This document shows, in pieces, positions 26,985 to 37,543 of a DNA stretch of 64,000 bases. A model generated the notes under the pieces. That model had not been told where the DNA came from. It saw nothing but the letters and a program-made list of their open reading frames with translations, and did not search any database. Origin of the DNA: Balanoglossus misakiensis. Taxonomy: Eukaryota > Animalia > Hemichordata. The stretch is from the NCBI GenBank assembly GCA_040954595.2, contig CM082584.2, forward strand, positions 7,459,919 to 7,523,918, written 5' to 3'. The translations under genes were made by a program, and so were the position numbers. Within the stretch, counting starts at the first letter, position 1, and every line of letters begins with the position of its first letter.

Positions 26985-29224
26985 TCAATTGCTAGTCAGT
27001 GCAGCCAGCAATTTTCGTTCCCCAGTGAAACCGAGCCGGGAGTGTTGAACGAGCATGTTGTCGTAGACGATGACGTCCCTCTTCTGCAACTGAAAACCAA
27101 CCGACACCTGCCAGATGACGTCACGCATGTGCTGGATGACGTCAGGTTCGATCTCGCTGCCATCGCCGTATGTCGTGTGATACGGGTAGCGCTTGGATGG
27201 GCGATGTTTATCATTGGCGAATATAGGATGTTCTGCAAGAGATGTGGCGTGGTGCTCTGTCACTTGGGTAAACCAAAGTTCCTCGCCTAGAAGAGAACAA
27301 GGGGGTGAAATAGTTAACAATATAAGTTCAGCTTCTGAACTCCCCTTTGCCAGACACGGTAGAAATCGGCCATCTTGAAATTATCGGCCATCTTGAAATT
27401 ATGTCGACCACATGAGATCACTCACCTAGGTATCAAATACCCATTTTTTAAATGGAGTGCACCCACCTGTTGTGTGATGTTTGTGGAACACTGGCAGTAC
27501 AAGTGAAAACGACAGAGCCCCATCGTCATGCCATTCAAAGCTATAACCCACTTTCTTCAAGTGCTTTTCCACATCACTTCTGTCGTTTGTGAAAAATGTC
27601 TGTCGGCGTGTGAACAGGAGGGAAACTTTAGAAAATGATATTTAAATTTGGACATTTGCACAAAAGTTATGCATTCAATCTCGTTCCTATAGGAATACAG
27701 GTGATACTAAGCTGAAAACCTGTTTTGAAAGACACAAAATTTTGATTGTAGATAAATAGAAGACTGTCGTGTCCAAACTGTATGAAAGGTGCAGATTTTC
27801 AGATGGGACGACATCATCTGAGAGGAAAGTGCATAGTACGTGATCATGTGTAGTGGTTGAATGTACCTCTTGCCAACATTTGTAGTCACTCATTCCCCGT
27901 GATGGATAAAAACTGTGGTACATCACTCCGACTTTTCTGAACTTCTCAACAACCTTCGGGTCGAGATTTGGAAGAACGTCTTTCACCCTAGTGAGGCCAG
28001 TCTCTCCACCACAGCCAGGCTGTGGCGCGATGTCGCAGTAGAACAACAACTGTCGAAAACAATATGAAAAGCACGATAGCATATTATTGGACAGGCAATG
28101 TAACTTTGTAAACGCCAGCTAAGTAAACAGCAGATCTAGATGATTATGTCTGTTTTATGCTCTGATTTATGTATTTCTTCAGGTTAAAGTAAAGATTGCT
28201 TCGAATGACTACTAATTTTGACATGTGTAAAACAAAATACATTTGAATGGGTCGCATTTTTATGGAGATATATACATAACAATGCAATCATGCACAATAT
28301 GTTTAGGCAAGAGTCAGTGTGGTCTTTGTCTTCTGATCTCTATAAATCGTGACAGCGCGGTCACTGATTGGAGTGACAGGCCTCGAGGTCAGAAGATATT
28401 AAGCATTAGGCCTACACGTAAGGTTTCTGTTGACAAGTTAGATAACTGTCCACTCAAGAATAGACCCATTTAGGGCTATAATTTACGTCACACTTCAAAC
28501 ATGCGGGTGAGTTGAGCAAATTCTGTAAGAAATTCAACAAAGCTTTGTGGTGAGATGATCAAGGCTGGGGTTTAACTGTCAACTGATTGCGTAAGCAACA
28601 GGGGTGTTGGCGGAGATCGCACCACAGTCCCTCTAATTTCCCCTTGCCCGATCCCCTCATAATTAATAAAACACCTTGTACCTTGAGAGGGTAGACTTTC
28701 GAATATGACATTTCGTTGTGGGGTTCGATGGTGACCTCGGGTAAATCATCACTCGCAGTGTATACGCCTCTAGCTACTTTCAGTCGCACGGCGGTCCCAC
28801 CTTCGTATCCCATGGAAGCGTAGCCGAGATTCAGGATGAATTCTGAAAAACCTTCCCCACCATACACAGGCATTCCTCTGAACAAGATAGCCCCATACTC
28901 AACGAGCTTATTTTCGATGATGTCTCGACCAGCCTTCGCCCACTCTGCCGTAGACCCAACATCTCCATTTTCTGCCTCGTAGAGCGCTGGAAAGTTTGGC
29001 CTCGGGGGTGCTATGAATTCAGGGTACTTGTTCACGGTATTCAAGGCCCCCGGTACATATTTACGACCAGCGAGTCGAGCCGCCCAGTCCGGGGGCACGC
29101 CCAACTTTTCCCGATGAATGAACGAAGGTTGCGCGTAAGCACATGCAGCTCGCGAGAAAAGCTTAACGTTGCTTCGTTGGACAGCCGCCAGCGAGCGTGG
29201 CAAAACCCGAAGTGGCGAGAACAT
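26985..29224 (-). CDS. TauD-family dioxygenase copy 5; exons 29224-28682, 28049-27867, 27599-27467, 27286-26985; 386 aa
   Basis: [25 protein letters not shown]; frame intact. Confidence 0.9.
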
Positions 29225-30117
29225 CGTTACGCCGACTGTGTTCTCACTTCAGTGACCCAATGCGGCAATTCTACTTCCGCATGAACAACATGAGAGACAC
29301 CAAGGTCGACTCATTGTCAATATAGGCTTCACCGCTAGCTGCAATCTGTGACCTTTAACATGCTTTGGTGGGCTGGTTAGTTGGCTGGGTCGTGCGGCTA
29401 GCGCTTGTGCATTGTATTATAGTATGATTATGCCATGCTGAAGGTCAGAGATTCATGTACAGAATTTTGAGATGATTCTACCATATGTACAAAAAGGACG
29501 ACACACGCCACAATTACCTAAGAATATGTTGTAAAAAAGTAGTGAACAACCATAGGGTTATTAGACATGGCCAATAATTGCAAGAAAACCGTTAGAACAT
29601 TACTGATATATCCACGCTAAAGTTCCACATATACAGAAACATATATGCGTGTTGTTGTTTTTTTTCTTGTCTTTCACATAAATGTATATTTATCCCAAAA
29701 TAGTCACGGTTCCAATCGTGTTAATTTAAATGATATTTATTTTATCAATTTCTGAAGTCGTAGACGTCAAAGTTTCTACAATAGAATCGTGCACTTGCAT
29801 TTCCTTTGTTAACTTTGCAAATTTATGTGATTCACGATTCTGTTTCGGTAATTGTTAAAATGGATAATCTTCCAGTCTTATCTTATCAACGGACACCGAA
29901 AATGGCTCATCTTGAAGTGAGATGCCAAGTTTTTCTTTCACCCGAAAGGCAGAACATAGCTCTTGGAAGATCAAATACAAATAGGGATGGGAACAAGAGA
30001 CAAAATGTAGTACATTTTACCAATTGCAGGAATGAAACCAAAGTTCTAAACGTCGCAATTAAATGTGGACACTTTGGTGATGTTCAAAAAACTACCAATT
30101 CCTGGTCATTGCTACAC

Positions 30118-31951
30118 TCAATTGCTTGTCATTGCAGCCAGCAATTTTCGTTCCCCAGTGAAACCGAGCCGGGAGTGTTGAACGAGCATGTTGTCGTAGA
30201 CGACGAGGTCTCTCTTCTGCAACTGAAAACCGACCGACACCTGCCAGATGACGTCGCGAATGTGCTGGATGACGTCAGGTTCGATCTCGGCGCCGTCGCC
30301 GTATAATGAGTGATACGGGTAGCGCTTGTAGGGGCGATGTTTGTCACTGGCAAACTTGGAATGTTGTGCGAGGGTTGTGGCGTGGTGAACTGTCGCGTGG
30401 TTAAACCACAGCTCCTCGCCTGAAAGAGCGCAAGGGGAATGAAATTAATTTTTATGCGACATATTTTTATTAGAAAAGTAAATTTAGATTTCCCGGTAGC
30501 TATAAACCTTTAGACTTTGCGACCGCAGTCAGTTTTAGAATGTATACATTCACAGATGACAATTTTACAATTCGTCCCCTTTCCTCACTACACTACTTTT
30601 CGGGTACCGTACTCACCTGTTGTGTGATGCTTCTGAAACACTGGCAGAACGTGTGAATATGACAACGCCCCATCGTCATGCCACTCAAAGCTATAACCCA
30701 GTTTCTTCAAGTGCTTTTCAACCTCACTTCTGTCATCAGTGAAAAATGTCTGTCGGTGCATAAATTTGACAAGACAAATTTTGAAAATGTCATAATTTGC
30801 ATCAGGGGTTTACTACATTTATCTATTGTCTGTCGAAGTTACAAAACGGGCAAAGCCTTAACAACCATGCAACGTTTCCCCGGAAAAGCGGAGATGACTA
30901 ACGGCTAAAAATGTCGGTCGAAAACTACCATTCTGTGAGGGTTGTTCTGTGGTTGACATTGGCCATTATCTGTAGAAAAGATTGCGTGGGAGATTGGTAT
31001 AGAGTACATACAAGTGAGTGATAATAAAACAACTGTGCGTTTTACAAACGTGGACTAACCTCTTGCCAGCTTCTGTAATCACTCTTTTCCGTTGATGGAT
31101 AAAAGTTATGGTACATCACTCCGAGTCTTCTGAACTTCTCAACAACCTTCGGGTCGAGATTTGGAAGAATGTCTTTAACCCTGGTGAGGCCGGTCTCTCC
31201 ACCACAGCCAGGCTGGGGTGCGATGTCACAGTAGAAAAACAACTGCCAAAAACATTATTAAAAACGGATGAAGAGCGTATAATTCCGATAGTTGAAATTT
31301 GTGCTACATAACGCGACTCGAATTTCCAACAAAGCTTTGAGGTCGGAAAATGATACGCGTTATTCATCACCTCCCCCCCCCCCTCCCCTAAATAGATACG
31401 CGCCTTACCTTAAGTGGGTAGACTTTCGAATATGACATTTCATTGTGAGGTGGGATGGTGTATGCGGGTAAATCATCACTTGCAGTAAACACTCCTCTCG
31501 CTAATTTTTGTCGCACGGCGATCCCACCTTCGTATCCCATTGTGGAGTAACCGAGACTCAGAATGAATTCCGAAAAACCTTCCACACCATGCACAGGCAT
31601 TCCCCTGAACATGATGACCCCATACTCAACGAGTTTCTTCTCGATGATGTCTCGTGCGGCCTTCGCCCATTCTGCAGCAGACCCAAGATCGCCATTTTCT
31701 GCCTCGTAGAGCGCTGGAAAATTTGTCTTAGGGGGTGCTATGAATTCAGGGTACTTGTTGTCAGGATTCAAGGCGCCTGGCACCCATTCGCGACCAGCGA
31801 GTCGAGCTGACCAGTCCGGGGGAACGTCCAACTTTTCCCGCTGAATGAACGATGGCTGCGCGTAGGCACTCGCAGCTTGCGAGAACAGTTTCAATTTGCA
31901 TCGTTGGAAAAGCACCAACGATCGTGGAAAAGATGTAAGTCCTCGGAACAT
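30118..31951 (-). CDS. TauD-family dioxygenase copy 6; exons 31951-31409, 31242-31060, 30749-30617, 30419-30118; 386 aa
   Basis: [21 protein letters not shown]; ends AMTSN-stop; frame intact. Confidence 0.9.
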
Positions 31952-32998
31952 TTCCGTTGGTTGACTGGGTACCGTTCTTTACTTCAGCCTGAGTGACACA
32001 GAGTAAAATGTTCTTGATTCACATGCGCAGCACTGTTGCTGACAGTATAAAATAAGAATCCGTTGAGAGATAAATTCTATATTTATGGGATCAATATGTT
32101 TCAACCAGTGCTGTCCGCTCGGCGATCGCTTATTTTGACTTCAAGCCGCAAATAATGCCGGTACATGTATATCCCCCCTGTATTCTTTTGGTGCATGGGG
32201 TAGGGCTAGCTACAATCATTGCAGCTTTTGATGAAATCAAATTGGCCAATACAGCAGAAATGACGAATATCCATAATCTCGTCAAATATGCAACTATGTA
32301 CATGTTTATAGGACACTGCTCGTGATGTACACAAGAATACAGAGGTTCGCGGAATCTCTTCAAGACGATAGCAAGTTTTGGAGGATTGAAATTCATCACC
32401 TTTTATGTTGTCTTTTTTTTGTGAAGTAGCGTCAAAATGCAAAGTCCATCAACGTCTCTTCTTTGATACAGTACACTTCTAGCTCTCGAGAGAATAACAA
32501 TGGAAACTCGAGTCGTCATCTATGTCATTACTATCACATCCTGAAGAAATTCTTTTGTTCATAGGTAATATCGCTTTAATTTCCAGACCCATCTCAACAC
32601 CAGCCTTAATAGTATGATGCCTCATAAGGTCATTGACCATGCATTGATATGATGACAATACCTTACATAATGCTATAATGAGACGCCGCCCTCACCGCCA
32701 AATCATTGACCGAAGAAAAGGTGAAAACAGGAAAGAAATCCTTAATAACTTAATAGAAATGCAAACCTCCTACATTTTTTTTCTTTAAATTCCAGGACGG
32801 TCATGAAATATCAAGATTTGGTCAAGAGCTTTGATCATGAATGTAGGCGTTGCGTGACCCTTGATGTGACCTTAAAGCGCCTCCAACGTGGATTTAAGTA
32901 AATGTTTATGTCCAGAAAGTAGTCATTGCGTCACTGTCACTGTAGGAAGAACACTGCCTGGTAGCTGCTGTCTGTCCCAGGCGGCAAACCTGCAGAAA

Positions 32999-35510
32999 AT
33001 GTTCGCGGTAGTTCGAGTCTTGCCACGTTCGGTGGTTTTCCAACGATGCAACTTGAAACTGTACTCGCAGGCTGCGAGTGCCTACGCGCAGCCATCGTTC
33101 ATTCAGCGGGAAAAGTTGGACGTGCCCCCGGACTGGTCAGCTCGACTCGCTGGTCGCGAATGGGTGCCAGGCGCCCTGAATCCCGAGAACAAGTACCCTG
33201 AATTCATAGCACCACCTAAGCCAAATTTTCCAGCGCTCTACGAGGCGGAAAATGGTGATGTTGGGTCTGTTGCAGAATGGGCGAAGGCCGCTCGAGAAAT
33301 CATCGAGGAAAAGCTCGTCGAGTATGGGGTCATCATGTTCAGGGGAATGCCTGTGGATGGTGGGCAAGGGTTTTCAGATTTTCTCGTTAGTCTCGGCTAC
33401 TCTACCATGGGGTACGAAGGCGGGCTAGCCGTTCGACAGAAAGTGGCGACAGGCGTGTTGACGGCCAGTGATGATCTGCCCGAGGTCACCATCCAACCGC
33501 ACAATGAAATGGCGTATTCGGAAGACTACCCTCTCAAGGTGAGTCTATCGAGTATGTGTTTGTATCTGTCTGATTTCTGTCACTCCACAGGCAGACAGCT
33601 ACAGCACCAATGCCAAAAGGGGCAGTGGTCAGAATACTTGTATTTGCACATATTCAATCCCCAAGAAACCTGCACGGTTAGGAAACAACGCCACGTGCGA
33701 ACAGTTTCCGGGTCCATGTTTACTTCGGGCTTCTCAAGGTCACCCTGACAATGTTTTCACGTCATTCATAAAAGTCCTACACTCTGTGCACTAACTGTGG
33801 TGTGCTTAAAAGGAGTGATTTCTTTAACATTTTATAATTTTCACGTTGAATTGTCCTGTGAATGTAGTCTCTCATGCAATAGGGCAACTAAAACATGTAT
33901 ACAACTGCGTATTTACGCCCTGATGCGAGAAAATAACATGTTTGCAACTGACTCTGCAACTGGTGGGTGTATCCGGTTTTAGCCAGCTAACACCTTGGCT
34001 GGGTTCCATGAATGTACATTTGATTGGCAGCGTTCCTGAATGGCGTCATTGCGAGAGTTGAAGGACATCTGAGAAGAAAGTAGTGCACCAGTAGCAAACT
34101 ACCCAAATTTAATTACGTTCTGGTTTAACACAGAAAATAAATGTTACTGATTAGTGGCAATTTTTTATGGATTTTTTTGTGTGATGTAATGTCACGTTTC
34201 CATCCAGGTCAAAGGTCACCAAGAGACTTATTTCAAAACACACAAACAGTTCTCCAAGGTTTTGCATCTTGTTTGTATCGAACATTGTATGTTAATTTCC
34301 TTTCTCCGTACAATACCGTGTTTGTTCGTTATTTTCTGATACATCACATGATAAGGTTGTGACCTGTTCAATAATGCTGTCCTATTAACTGGGGTAAACA
34401 GATATTTAGCTCCAGTGGTGTGCCAATGGGAGTTTCACTTGGTGTACACACAAGTATGTCTGTACGTGTATGTCCATCCGTTTCGTAGAAAATAAGAACT
34501 ACGTTTCACACTGCTGTTTGGTTTGTAGAAACTGCATAGTATTTTTTGTTCAAATAAAGTAGTCACAGCTACCAAAATTCTGCAAACAAGTTGAATTGTC
34601 CATGAAGAACTTTATATGAGATTGCTTAACATGTTACTGATGTTCAATTTACAGTTGTTTTTCTACTGTGACATCGCACCCCAGCCTGGCTGTGGTGGAG
34701 AGACTGGCCTCACCAAGGTGAAAGACATTCTTCCAAATCTCAACCCGAATGTAGTTGAGAAGTTCAGAAAACTTGGAGTGATGTACAACATGTTTCTTCC
34801 GTCAAAGGAAAAGAGTCAGTACAAAAGTTGGCAAGAAGTAAGTAATTTAATTTGCCATTGTTTATACCCCATGACACATACTATTGTTCCAATTAGAATA
34901 TCAGTAAAATAACATTTTTCAAAATCTGCCAACAGACATTTTTCACTGACGACAGAAGCGAGGTGGAGAAGTACATGAAGAGACTGAATTATAACTTTGA
35001 GTGGTACGACGATGGGGCACTGTCGTATTCACACGTACTGCCTGTGTTTCACAAACATCACACAACAGGTGAGTACTGGTGGACTGGTGCACTCTCCCAG
35101 TAAGTAATCCTCGTTCTGGCCATCTCGTATCTGGTGGTGGTGGTGGTGGGGGAGGTCTACAGTCAAACTCAATTGTGACACTATTCCATTCCCTTTGCGC
35201 TCTTCCAGGGGAGGAGCTGTGGTTCACCCACGTGACGCGCCACCACGCCACGAACCTCTCCGAACATCCCAAGTACGCCAGCGACAAACACCGCCCCTAC
35301 AAGCGCTACCCGTATCACACGACATACGGCGACGGCGCCGAGATCGAACCCGAGGTCATCCAGCACATTCGCGACGTCATCTGGCAGGTCTCCATCGGCT
35401 TCCAGATGCAGAAGAGAGATCTCATCGTCTACGACAACATGCTCGTTCAGCACTCCCGGCTGGGTTTCACCGGGAAACGAAAACTGCTGGCTGCAATGAC
35501 CAGCAATTGA
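32999..35510 (+). CDS. TauD-family dioxygenase copy 7 (inverted); exons 32999-33538, 34655-34837, 34936-35068, 35209-35510; 385 aa
   Basis: [21 protein letters not shown]; same intron positions as copies 1-6. Confidence 0.9.
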
Positions 35511-37543
35511 GTTGGGGGAGGGGCGTTTGAATGCTGCCAGAATGTACAACAAGTTTGAATGTAAATTAGGGGTGAAATAGATGCAGACTGTTGACTGGTG
35601 CAGATATACCAGTACAGTCAGTCATACCAAGTCACCCGAGCTGCTACAATCACTTAATTCTTGGCATAAAGTGACAACCAGAAATTTTTAAAACCTCCAA
35701 GGAATGAAGAACTTTCATGATTGACTGCTATTTTACTTCTTATCCATTGTTACCATTGGTGTGTGGTCTTCAAAATTCAAGGTCTAGGTTTTTAGACGCA
35801 AGAACTTTTTTTAAGATGAGTTAAATTGGTATTTGTTGACTGTGTCGACCAGGGAATGAAAAAGACATTTATGTCATGAGGTACTCCCAAAAAACGATGA
35901 CAGATGACCTAACCAGAGTCATGGTGTCCCCCAAACACCAGTGGGAATACTAAAGCCAGACTCTGGTAAAATTTCTCTGCAAAATCATGTGCAAACATTG
36001 TTTTTTAATCTCAAAACTCTGGAAGTGAAATATGGAAGAATTATTAGTTCTGGAACGTGCTGTTTTGTGCATGCAGACATTAATAATTTTCTGACCAGCC
36101 CTGCAGACTGAAAATTACAGTAAGTACAAATGTACATGTAATTGAATGCTACTTAATACATAATCAGTAATACCTTTGCAAACGTGATATTGGAATATGT
36201 ATGGGAAAATGGCCAAATCCGTTCATTTAACATATCTAACAAAAAGGAGATGCAAATATAAGATTTTTATGCAGAAACTTTAGGAAATACAGACTAATAT
36301 TGTGGGCATTTAGAACAATACATAATTTTGTCTCCTAGAATTAGTATGAATTAAAATACTTATTCAGTGGTCTGGATTGGCATTTGGTGAATTTTATTTT
36401 GCGTTTGGGTGACACCCCTTCAATGAATCAGTTTGAATTTTCTTTTTCCCTTATTGGTGATACACACCTGTAGCCAAAATTAAAGGAGTATTCAGAAAAT
36501 GTTCTGATTACTATATCGGTTTGATTTTATCTGTATAATACTATAAATAAAACTGCCGCTTTTAAATATTCAAAGTATCATCAGCTAGTTTCATCAAGTC
36601 ACCCACTGTTTATGACATGCAGTGAGAGATTTGGCAAATAACACACCAGCCGGTAGTTGAAATAATATATCTGTAGACAGTTTATTCCATGTGCCAAATT
36701 GTTTCATATTTCAATTGCATGTTAAAATGTACAGTATCCAACTGGTCAACACAGCTGTACTTCTTTTGTTACTGTTGATGGCTGAACTGAAATGTGGACT
36801 TCAACTCTGAATATTGGTGTCTGTAAACTGTGTCGACAGGCCAAATACTCCATGTGCCTGCATGAAACAGAACAAAACAACCAAGAGGTCTGCAAAATAT
36901 GGGCGTTTCAGCTTTATCTCTATCTCGCTAAGACTGGTTGGGGATATTTTTAAATAACTGCCACAAAAGGCTAAGTGCTGTTTGTATCCACCGGTATTCC
37001 ATGCCACATTCTAATCACCCACTGGTTATTTTTGGGGCTGGAGTCAGCCGTATATTTAATAGCCTGACTGACTCTGCAGGGTACTGGGAACACATTAGTG
37101 ACAATAAAACGTGCGTACACATGGAACCTTTTTAATCTCACAATATTAATTTCACATGGACCCTTTTTGGAATATCAGAATTGGCTATTAGAGGATTGCA
37201 ATTCCCCCCACACTAAATATTTGCTGAAGCAGTAAGTAATTTCTGGTACCCTCATCTCAAATTCTTTGTCATACAACTGTGAGACATGAAGTATACGGCA
37301 CGACTATTCCGCACAGCTGTTTGTAAACAGCAGCTGGCATGACGATAAAAATAGTCAAAAACACTTGATATACAGAGCTTTTTGGTACAGTCCCCCATCT
37401 AGCTGCTTTGTCAACATATTTTGCCGCAAAAGCACAATGGATGTGAAAAGGCCGATTTCTGCAGTCGTGAGAGTATTCCGGTCGTACTAGAAAGAGTTTC
37501 ATTCTCAGTGTTCTATCAGAAAGACATGTTGTGGCCATAGCAG

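Noticed and set aside
32888-32998. N-terminal extensions from ORF-track starts (also 16322-16393 and 4451-4489)
   Set aside because: These begin at GTG/TTG codons; paralogue alignment and the first in-frame ATG place the true starts downstream.
14075-35510. Halogenase or bacterial-contaminant interpretation of the dioxygenases
   Set aside because: The Glu iron ligand is retained (halogenases replace it with Ala/Gly), and the genes have spliceosomal introns within animal synteny.
14069-35552. Repeated opposite-strand ORFs over the dioxygenase exons
   Set aside because: Conserved only because the sense exons are duplicated; starts and lengths vary between copies.
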